A stretch of DNA of 37,887 nt from Catajapyx aquilonaris (Eukaryota): the NCBI GenBank assembly GCA_000934665.2, contig JYFJ02003781.1:1-37887 (forward strand). The letters run 5' to 3'. This document shows positions 13,097 to 24,600 of the stretch, one piece after another (positions within the stretch are counted from its first letter, which is position 1; every line of letters starts with the position of its first letter). The position numbers and the translations under genes are program-made. Under the pieces are notes generated by a model. That model was not told the DNA's origin. It saw nothing but the letters and a program-made list of their open reading frames with translations, and did not search any database.

Positions 13097-15624
13097 GAAT
13101 AATAATAATAGATTGGGTATTTGGCTAACCCCAGAGGGGTTTTTTGCCAGACCTTTATTGTGATGGTGTACAATTCTGGGAATCCTATTATTGAAGCGCC
13201 CGGGCCCACGGGCAGGATGACAGGAGGGGATGTGCAAGTGCAGTGCATCTGACGTGTGGCCATTTTTAGTGAGCTCCCCCGGGTGGTTTAGTCTATAGGA
13301 AATACCACACGAGACGAAGCCAGAGGTGACCGACCTCTGCACGAGATGAAGGGGGTGTCCCCGGGCTGGGATCGAACCCGGGACCTTAACATCCTTGGGC
13401 GCGCGCACGTTACCGCGGCGCCACTCCGTCTCCCCTAAGTTGAAGAAAATAATGAGCTTGGTTGGTCACAATGTAAAATAATAGGAAATAAACTTCCTTA
13501 ACTCGAATTTCTATAACTCGAAGTGCTGGCAGGGCCTTACGATGGGATTTCAATGCATTTTCAGTTTCCCTAAGTCGAAGTTCACGTTGGCGAGTACAGA
13601 AAATTTTCTCATTTCCTAGTCGAAGGGTCGAGAGTAGGCCACATGTACAGAAAGGCTCAATTTCCTGATCTCCGTCTACCAGACTTACTGAAAGAAGTGT
13701 TTGACTCGATTGTGACAATAGAATCCTTGAATCTAAGAGTAGACAAATGTCCATAATGGAGTTTTTTTTACAACAAAACAACGAGGAACATTGTAAGTGT
13801 GATAGTGACGGTTATTTTAAAGTTTTGAACATCTTTTGTCGCTGGATATAAAGGTAGGCTTCCTTATAGAGTTATGTGTTTTAAAAAAGCCAAACTTCTC
13901 TAACTCGAATCTTCTATAACTGGAAGTTTTTTCCCGGTCCCATGGAGATTCGACTTATAGAAGTTTTACTGTAGTTGAAGATGATGCTTACCTTCAGATT
14001 TCCGGCTGAAAATTCTGGCAATACTTGCATTAAATCTGGGTGTAGCAAAATGTTTCAGTTTTTACATGAAGAGAGTGCACAGTTTTCAATAAATGCTGAA
14101 CTTAATATCTGATTACTATTCAGGATTTACTTATACACCATTTCAAGGGCACAATCTTCAAATTTGTTCTTAGTACCTAAATGTTAATACCACAGCATTA
14201 CCGTATTTACGCGCATATAAGACGCACCTTTTTTCCGATTTTTGTAGCTCAAAAAGTAGGGTGCATCTTATACGGCAGGGCACAACAGGTGAAACCCGTG
14301 AGAAATCGTCCACACACGTGCACAATTCCGGTGTGACCTTGCCACCTATACCTTTCAGATGCGTAGCATTGTCCCAATTTCCACTTGCCCTCCCCCCCCC
14401 CCTNNNCCCCCCCTCTTTACTGGATTCTAATGGATTCCACACGCACATGCATTGCACACGAGGTTGCTGCCGGCAGCTCGAGGCCAGTTCCCTAACTACG
14501 GCAATAAATCCGGGTGCGTCTTATATAAGTCAACAACCGATTTTCCACGATTTTTCGCCTCAAAACCGGGGTGCGTCTTATACGCGTGTGCGTCTTATAT
14601 GCCTTTAAATACGGTAATTTTTAAATGTTACATTATACAAGGTTGACAATAATTATTTCTAACACAAAGTGTCTTGTCTCTAGAGTGATTTCAGATGTCT
14701 CCAGTCGTGTTACTGGCAGATTAGTGGTGTCTTGTTATTGGGATCATGAAGAATCAAAGTTGCTGGTGTGTGAGGCAAGATGCCAACAGATGCCAAAGAA
14801 GCAGAGTAGACCTAATTCCCCTTTGATGACTTTAAATGAGGTATTAAGAAGAACTTATTTTAAAAATTGAGCAACCATATTGATATTGATAATTTTGTTC
14901 TTAGCCAGAGGTCATTGTAGTGACACTATTTGTTACTCCTGAGACTGGTGTAATAGTGCAAGACATGTTTCCATTGGAGTCTACTTATGACCGAGTATTA
15001 GGGTTGCAGCTTCCATACTGTTATCTCATGAGAAAGAAGGATAGACTGGAAGTGGTGGGTTTTAGAGTGTCAGAAACATTTTCATATACTAATACAAGGC
15101 TTTTTCAGGGTGGAAAACAGGATCTTCTTGAACCAAAGGTGTTGCGAGACTTTGCTGGGATTGATGCTAGTGACAAAGCAACTAGAGATGCTATGATTAA
15201 CTTCAGCTTCTACATGAGCGTGGGCAACATGGATGAAGCTTTCAAAGCCATAAAATCTATTAAAAGGTATAGTGAACTCTGAGTGTTGCAAGCTGTTGCA
15301 ATAAATACACATTTGATATTAGTGAAGCAGTATGGGAGAACATGGCTCGAATGTGTGTGAAGACCAAGCGCCTGGATGTGGCTGTTGTTTGCTTGGGTCA
15401 CATGGGCCACTTGCGGGGTGCTAAGGCCTTGAGGGATTCGAAGAACATAGATCCAGACATCAATGTTTGTGTTGCAATTTTAGCTGTGCATCTCGGCATG
15501 TTGGTAAGTTCTAGGAGTCAATTGTGCCTTTGGTAGTGACTAACTATACAGCAAGAGTTTGACCACTAATGAAATCAGATGTATGTGGACCAATATAATA
15601 ATGATAATAATAATAATAATGATG

Positions 15625-15671
<47 letters not shown>

Positions 15672-18600
15672 TATTATTATTATTATTATTATTATTTTGT
15701 AATACCTCTTGCCACCCCTTACGGGGTATTCAGGGAGAGCCATTGCTCCTCTACGCCATCGATTAAAGTTTGATAGAAACTTAGGCCATGTTAGAAGCGC
15801 CTGGGCTACGGGCAGGGGGACTGGGAGGGGTTGTGCAAGGTGCAGTGCATCGACTAGTAAGGTCATTTTGTGAGCTCCCCTGGGTGGCTTAGTCTGTCGG
15901 AAATACCACCCGAAACGAAGCCAGAGACGACCCGAGAACTCTGCATGAGATGAAGGGGGGACCTTAACATCCGTGGGCGCGTACGTTACCACAGCGCCAC
16001 TCCGTCTCCCCAATAATAATATTTATTTCCCTATACAATGTAGTATTTGGAAAGATGTACAGGGTGGTCCAACTTTTTTGTCCGAACAGCTATCACGCAG
16101 CTATTGACAAATTCGGCCTAAGCTGCTTATGTTGTAGTGCGTTACCTGGCAACCCTGTCCGGCGGGCCAATTCAAACATCAGCCCATGGAGAGCGCTTCC
16201 ATTGTTGCCACTGTTTACAAATCGAATGAGTGAGTGCGCAGGCAGAAGAGATCCGTCGCTGGGTCATCCGCGTCACTCACTCAATTAGTAAACAGTGGCA
16301 AAAATGGAAGCAGTCTCCATGGGCTGATGTTTGAATTGGCCCGCCGGACAGGGTTGCCAGGTAACGCACTACAACATAAGCAGCTTTGGCCGAATTTGTC
16401 AATAGCTGTTCGGACAAAAAAGTTGGACCACCCTGTATATGGACCAAATATTATAGTGGCCACTTTGCAATTAAAAATGCAAGTGAAAGTGGTGATACTT
16501 GATCAATAGCATGCTTGATCATGTAATCACACATTATTAGGAGCAGGCTCCAAAGCTTTCATTTGGAAAATGATGACGTCTGATTAGAAGTTTTTATGTT
16601 CAGGTTTACATTTTGAACAGGAGTGGCCAACCCCTTGCTATATAGTAAGTCTGTAAGTAAGTATGGTATTTTATAAAATTTGTGCATTTGGACTGTATGT
16701 AAGATATACCAGTGGGCAATCCAGAAAGTGCACCTGTAGAAATTTTCTTTATAGAAAGGTCCCAGGTTAATTGAAGGCTATAGCTCTTTCGTACATGTGC
16801 AGGTTTTGTGGGCTTTTTCTTACACAGGTCTCTTCTGCTTGAGCTGTAAAAATTTGCAAGAAAACTGGGATGTAGGCAGTGCACTTATTTCTTCCCTGTC
16901 AAACATTATTTTTCTTTTGTACTTGGGTGCCATGAAGAAGTACTAATTGCATTTCAGTACAGAGGTACTCCTTGTTTTACACCAGGAATTCATCCCAGCA
17001 ATATGCGGCGTAAAGTGAAAAGGTATAAAACGAAACAAAATTATAATGTAAGTAAATGAGATAGGTTCCCAAATTTTTGCTATTTTCCCACAGCCAATAC
17101 TAATATTGCTGTTTTTAATGCTCAGTATTTGAACCATTTAATATGCATGTTTAATGTCAGGTTGAGGGTGATCAGGTTCTGAGGGTTCCTTTCTCTTCTT
17201 TGGCGAGAACTGCAGTGCACTGTGCATTGTAACAATGGGCACAGTGCTTCAGAGAGTGCAGAGACCAACAATACATTACTGTATTACTGTAGCTTTAAAC
17301 TCTCCCACAATGCACAATGAAAAATTAAAGAAGTGCATGTAGGGGAAAGTGTTCATATTTCGACCATACGCCTAATTCCGACCACCATGCTATGTCCGTG
17401 GTAGCGTGTTTCAAATTGTCAGTGACAGTGGTAAAATGTCGCCAAGATGGAATTGGTGAGCTGGCAGCACTGATGCGAACATCCATGTATTGTGCAACCT
17501 TTGACACCAGTTTGTTTTTAAGCGCATGGTGGACTGAGGCACATGCTATTATTGGCCATCATTTTCCCAGCAATTAAGCTATACTATTCAATAATTTAAT
17601 TTAGCTGTTGTTGCATACACTGTTTATTTGCTTGTTTTTAAGTAGCGACATCATGCCGCAACTTGTTGATGTGAACCAGCAGCCACAGTAGAAAGTTGTC
17701 TTGTTCCTCATTTCGGCTACCTACTATCCGTTTATTTAATATAGAGCCCTGTGTTTGACTCTAAATAACTCCCAGGCAAATTATCCAAGAAAATAAAGTT
17801 ATACATCGTTCGAAAGCTTGTTTAAATCCACGTTACATATATGCGAGTTGTTTTCCTATCGTCAGTCTCTAATTTTTTGTCGTAAAAATAAGGCGTAAAA
17901 GTGTCATTTTTTGCCTAGTTGCCGACGTTGCACCGCAAAGTGAATTTTTTATGACACTTTCAGGAGGCCAAAAAAATCCCCCTGTGAACCCTGGGTAGTG
18001 CACATCTTTGTCTATCTAATGATATATTTGAATCATTGAGATCGTCATTTCTGTAATCATAATTAAGTTAATTGCACACCTCTGTTATTTCGGCCGTTTA
18101 TAATCCGAATTACTTCGCGAATGTATCGACGGCAAGCCAGAAATGTTCGTGATAAGATGACATTGTGCTCTATTACACTAAAAATTTTAAACGTATTTAA
18201 AAGTATCGCCGTCTATTCCCGCCAGAAAGCGGGCGGAGTCCTTTTCTATTAAACTTAGTAAAACAATACTTTTAAAATTTTTAGTGTAATAGAGCACAAT
18301 GTCATCTTATCATGCACATTTCTGGCTTGCCGTCGATACATTCGCGAAGTAATTAGGATCATAAACGGCCGAGATAACAGAGGTGTGCAATTAACTTAAT
18401 TATGATTACAGAAATGACGATCTCAATGTTTCAAATATATCATTAGATAGATAAAGATGTGCACTACCCAGGGTTCACAGGGGGATTTTTTTGGCCTCCT
18501 GAAAGTGTCATAAAAAATTCACTTTGCGGTGCAACGTCGGCAACTAGGCAAAAAATGACACTTTTCCGCCTTATTTTTACGACAAAAAATTAGAGACTGA

Positions 18601-21600
18601 CGATAGTAAAACAACTCGCACATATGTAACGTGGATTTAAACAAGCTTTCGAACGAGGTATAACTTTATTTTTTTGGATAATTTGCCTGGGAGTTATTTA
18701 GAGTCAAACACAGGGCTCTATATTAAATAAACGGATAGTAGGCTGTTCCTAATTTGGGATAGCTACCGTTCTATCATGCTCATTTTGACCGATCTATTTA
18801 TTTCACGGAAACTCAAGAAAGAAGTCACAGAAAACGTTTGCACATCTGTACTACCTGCTGTTAAAACGTTCTCGTATGATTGTATTGATCAAGTCATTGA
18901 TCAACGGTATAATTTAATTTTTTGCAAATAGGGAAAACTTTTCATTTTCATCATGCAGGTAAACCAATTTTCATGGTATTGTTATTAATCAAGAATTTTA
19001 AAGCATTCACAAATTTATAAATGTTTTTTTTACACCTTTACTCCCATTAATATGCAGGTTCTGAAATTAGGAACACTTTTTGAAAATGGAAACATGGGTG
19101 TCTTCACTTTTTCAATTTTCCTATAATTCCTATAATTTTCCAATATATATATTTTTAAAATTATCATTGCAGGACCTAGGAGGTAAATGTTCAATGTATT
19201 AACATTCATTTTCCTTATATTGCTGCATTCAGCCATTTTCTAACAAGAGAAAAACAACGCAAGGGTGTCGAAATTTGGGCCTCTTACCCTACTGTAGTGT
19301 GTTTGGACTCAGAAGTGCAGCAATGTTGTGTTTATGTGTAGATTGTTTCGTTATTTTCAAAATTGCGAAAATTTCGTGATTAAATATTTTTTCGAAGGTA
19401 ATTTTGAAATGGCCGTTAATGTGAAAAGGTGTAAAACGAAGAGGCGTAAAACAAGGAGTACCTGTACTACTGATTATGAGCAACAAAATGAGCACTCTCT
19501 TACAATTTCCCTGCACCTGGTCTGCTATACATATATGGGTGATTCTCCAAAAACTTACCATTTTCAAAGCAAAAATTAATGAATTTCAAAACTTGTTTTA
19601 AGAATGAGGAAAAGTTCACACTTACTCTATATGAGGTCACAAACCAGGGAAAATAGGGGGACCTATCTCTCATATTCTAAAGTGGTTGAAATCTTCCAGT
19701 ATTGATTTTGCAGTTAACCGCAATAATTTTTATTGGACGTTGTTTCTCATAATATTAGATCAAATAGTGAAACTCAGTTTTTAAATATCTGCCCCCCAAG
19801 TAGTGAATACCTGGGCTCAAAAGTCGAGAATTTGCAATTTTTTTGCACTTGTAATGGCCACAGCAGGCACTAAAAAGCTGCTGGAATTTTAATATTAACT
19901 AGCTCACCCGTAGCCAAAATTTGGCAAAACCTGCAATGAGGAAGACAATGGTAATGAAAAAATGGAATGAGAGGGCTCGCGGAGTGACAACTAAGAAATA
20001 GCGTATAGCTGGTCGTAAGACGGGGTTGAAAAATTGAGTGGCATTGAATCAGTGGACATACTGTACAGTGTACACTTCCTGAATCGGAGATGAGAAAAGT
20101 TTTCATAAAACCTCGCGATATACAACATTGTGTGTAAACACTCTGTTGTTATTGGAGAGCCATGTTCCGTGTTGAGCAGTAGGAGTAGTGAACACTTTGA
20201 CCTGACTTGGGTTGCGAGACCGGGACAGTGCCACATACAGCTGGCCATGATTGTGAGAAGACAGGTTCATCCAGGGAAATGCTAACGTGCTCATCTGGCC
20301 CTGCGAGTTGTTGATTGTCATGGCATAGGCTGGGATGACATTATGTCAATGAACATATAAGACTTTTATATCCGGATCCAGCAGGCTATGATTAAGGCTA
20401 ATAATAATAGCTGATAATAGCTGATATGGGCATATTTGAGTGACGCGGCAACATGAGGGATGGAGTTGCCCTTTGTGTAGGTGATGCTGTATGGCTTTAT
20501 GGTACCGCAACAATACTGTCATCTGTTATTGGGCGACACGGTGGCAGAGTGGTTAGCGCCGCAGCCTTCCACCTCTAAGGTCCCGAGTTCGATCCCCGGA
20601 CAGAGTGGATAGAGTTTTGATGGGTTCTGTCCGTGTTCGCGTGGGTTTTCTCGGGGATTCTTCCGTTTCCTCCCACAATCAAAATCCATCACAGAGCAGG
20701 CAACGATTAAAGTCGGCCAATTAAAAGATGATCCCCTAAAAAGTTCAAGGAGGCTCATCACGGGGTATCCATTATCTCCACTGTCATCTGTTGTGGCCCG
20801 GCCAGGCAGGGTTCGTCGCCCTGCAGGATATTTTTAGGTAATGGGGAGCGGAAGCGGAGCTGGGCGATTATTGTGGGTTTCGTATCCGCAACATTATTTA
20901 CAGTATGTAGCCAACCTCTTGTGGCGCCGCGCGCCGGAGGCCAACGAACGTTATTGTGGCTTTGCCAACATCGGAACCCCTGGTGATCCCACCTCTGATA
21001 TCTTGTTTGCTTGCTCCGGGAGGTTTATGTGACGCCGCCAAATAAGTCACAAGGGTTTACTCTAAGCCCAAAGCCGCACTAAGCTATCCACTGAAAATCA
21101 TAATAAGTAGCTAGATCCGGATCCAAGATGGCGGCATAGTTAGAAAGTATGGCTGAAAGTAGCAGCTTATATGACAGCTTTCTGAATATTGTGAAGCTCA
21201 GATTGAATCAGTTGGCAGACCTGTATTGGCGGGAAAGGAAATAGAGATGGCGGTTAGGACTTTTGACTGTAAGGGAAAGTGGCGGTAAGGGCTTATGGCG
21301 GTAAAGGGAACTGGCTGGAAGGACTTTCGGCGGTAAAGGAAATTGCCGCTGAAGAGTTTTGGCGGGAAATTGGCTGTAAGGCAGGCGACCCCAGCCACTA
21401 TACATAGAAGTAAAGCCGTTGGTCCCGTGTGCTTGTGACATTGCGCGAGTGCATGTTAAAGATCCCCAGAGTGGCAAAATTTCCAGGAGGAGGACCACCC
21501 CTGGCGTTGGTATTGAGCCTAGAGGCAGAAATAGGCCGACGTTAGGCCCCCGCTAAAGTAACTTCTTCCCCCGGCCTGATTAATTAGTGCCGTGACCAAT

Positions 21601-24600
21601 AGGTGGCAACACTCATAGGGGGTCGTCTCTCTTTCCACCGTGACCAACCTTTGTGCCACCTTTTGGTCACGGCAGTAATTCATCAGGCCGCCAAGGGAGT
21701 GCTGCCACATTTTGGTCACGGCACTAATTCTTTGGGCCGCCACATCTGGAGCGTTCCAGAAGGCGAAAAAAAATAAGGCTATTATTATAGGTGGATTTTT
21801 CAGACACTGGTTGATAATGGCCAATTTTTTGAGTCGCATCTTGTTCAAGAACGATAATTTTGTTAAAATATTATTAAAATTTAATATTATTGACAGGAGT
21901 TTGGGAGCCGGAAGAATGCCCTTTGGATGTATTAGGATTAATATCATGGTCCAGAACAAACTGTGACTCTAGAAATTTCGGTCAGGTGAGGACATCCCTT
22001 AATGACATGGAATCACAATAATTATTTCAAAACATTTGAGTTATTATGTACCATAGAAAAGTGAGCCAGGAGTGTGCAACATGTGCTACATAACTGAATT
22101 TAAAACTTCCTAATTTTTTTAACCCGCTAGGAGACGTACCTCTTGTACAGAAATCTGTAGTTAAATCAAGGTGTCATGGAGGAGCAGTGTTGCCAAATAA
22201 CTGAGGAAAAAATCCCTTTGTTTCACTGTAAATTTTAAACAAAATATCCTGATAAGCCTATATTATTCAAGAATTCAATACCTGTGAAATCTATGGCCAT
22301 GATTTTTTCATTGGTTTTTAGCCTCACATTTTTGACACCTTTCAGGAAGAAGCGGAGACACTGTTGATGGCCACTAAAAGAAGTGATATTTTAAATAAAC
22401 TGTATCGTGATTCAGGCCAGTGGGATAAAGCACTTGAATTGGCAGAAAATAATGATCGTATTCATTTACGCACAACGTACTATCACTATGCAAAGCATCT
22501 GGAAGAAAAGGGTAGGTCTTCCTCACGTGGTTGGTGAAACGCCTTTACTCATTCTATAATTTTTCCAGGTGATCTCCCTGCTTCAATTGAAATGTATGAG
22601 CAGTCAGATACCCATCGATTTGAAGTTCCACGCATGTTGTTTGATGATGCTCAGCTTTTGGAATCCTACATGTCAAAGGCAAAAGACAAGTAAGTCCAAA
22701 GCAAGGAGTGGAGCATTGCAATATGTGCAAAAATTTGTTCATTTGCAGAGAGCTGTTACACTGGTGGGCACAGTTTATGGAGAGCACAGGTGACATGGAA
22801 ACTGCTATCACTTTTTATGAAGATGCTCAGGATTATTTATCTCTTGTTCGGGTTTACTGCTATATGGAGCAATATGAGAAGGCTTGCCAGATTGCCAATG
22901 AAACAGGTCACTTGCCATCCTGCTACCACTTAGCTCGACAGTTTGAAAACACAGACAATCCGAAGATGGCCATCCACTTTTTTACCAAATGTAAATCATA
23001 TGGAAATGCTATACGAATGTGTCAGGTAAGTAAGCTAGATAGAAGAGATTGTTATGTTTGTGATGGTTTGTGATCCAACCAGTTGGACCACTTAGGTTTG
23101 ATTGTGAATTTTATTTGTCATGTATTTTATTTTTTCTGGAACAGGAGCAAGGGATAGATGAACAAATGTGGAACCTGGCTTTGTTAGCTGACAGTCGGGA
23201 CCAGTTAGCTGCTGCCAGGTACATGGAGTCCATAGAACCACCAAACTACGAAAGAGCTGTGATGTTGTATCACAAGGCTGGCTACATTTCCAAGGCTATA
23301 GATGTGGCCTTTAGGTGAGTTGAATGATGCCTGTGATGGTGAGCCCAATTACTACATGTTCCCCTTTGTAGGACTAAACAATACACTGCCTTGCAATATG
23401 TGGCCCTGGATCTCAATTCAAACTCTGATCCTGAATTGCTGATTCTATGTGCTGAGTACTTCATGGAAAATGAGCAATATGGCAAGGCTGTAGAAATGAT
23501 GGGAATTGCAAAGAAATATCAAGATGCCATAAAAGTGCTGGATGAGCACAGGATTGCAATTACTGACAAAATGTCGGATTCAATTTCACCAGAGAAGGGA
23601 ACTATGCCTGAATTGGAACGTGTTGCTGTATTGGAAAAATTTGGTGATCTGTGTGTGGACCAAGGACTCTATCACTTTGCTGCCAAAAAGTTCACTCAAG
23701 CTGGGAATGTAGTAAGTATTTGTTGGTGTTGTGATAATCTATATTTGAGTTTAATAAGAATACATGTTTCAGATGAAAGCGATGAAGATATTGCTGAAAA
23801 CTGGGGACACGGACAGGATCATTACTTTTGCTAGTGTTTGCCGTACAAAAGAGATTTATGTCATGGCAGGTAATTACCTTCAGACTGTGGACTGGCAAAG
23901 GCGTCCTGAGCTCTTGAAACACATAGTGACGTTTTACACAAAAGGAAAGGCATTGGACCTTTTGTCTGGATTTTATGAGTGCTGTGCACAGGTATGTGTT
24001 GGGCATAACCTTTTTACAGGTTCTATGTTTGGCATTTTATTTTTTACTGGATCAGGGGGAAGTATTTAAATTTTTGTTCTGCTTTAAATCTCCCCTATCC
24101 ACCTTCCATCTGGTACCAGATACTAGTGCAGACTTTTAAACCTAATTGGAGAGCTTTAGCTACTATTCAGTCAGGACCATTTTGCTCATTTTGGGAGTGG
24201 TCAGGAAATAAAACTGGATACCACGTTATTATTGATTTAGGAGAGATGATGGTAGTACAGTCGAATCCCTCTATAACGAAATTGAAGGGAACCAAATTTT
24301 CTTAGATCAGGCTCTTCCTCTTTGGTGCCATGCCGAAAACTGCTTCTGAGTGAAGTGTGCAGGAGTCGGACACTGACTGTGACTGAACAAACACCAGAGG
24401 ACTGCACCAGATGCAGGCCAAAGCCCTTCTCCTTTTCCGCTGGAGCCCTCATGGCCTCATCCCACATTTTTGGCACATATGATCTGGGAATTCCGTTCCA
24501 GATGTGATTCGTTTTGCTGCTCAAATTTCCGATGAATTTTCCCAGGTTTTAACCACCTGCCTCCTTCCCTGGGGGGGGCCATGTGCTAGCAATAAATCCA

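Noticed and set aside
14391..14414. Poly-C run with NNN
   Set aside because: Assembly ambiguity within a homopolymer inside a MITE; no biological inference is possible.
15700..15755. Hammerhead-like look of tail Z (CTGAATA-CCCC-GTAA-GGGG-TGGCAA, minus strand)
   Set aside because: Both catalytic core strands deviate from CUGANGA and GAAA.
12995..16013. Poly-Tyr, poly-Ile and poly-Asn ORFs (12995-13408, 13009-13263, 15540-16013, 15579-15773)
   Set aside because: Translations of SINE bodies plus AAT microsatellites.
20793..20970. HDV-like ribozyme in the GC-rich block (GGG-TTCGTCG-CCC; ACCTCTTGTGGCGCC)
   Set aside because: I could not build P1, P1.1 and P2 with local partners; only simple hairpins are supported.
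21228..21392. CRISPR-like array
   Set aside because: Short degenerate cores, spacers too short and irregular, eukaryotic intron context, no cas genes.
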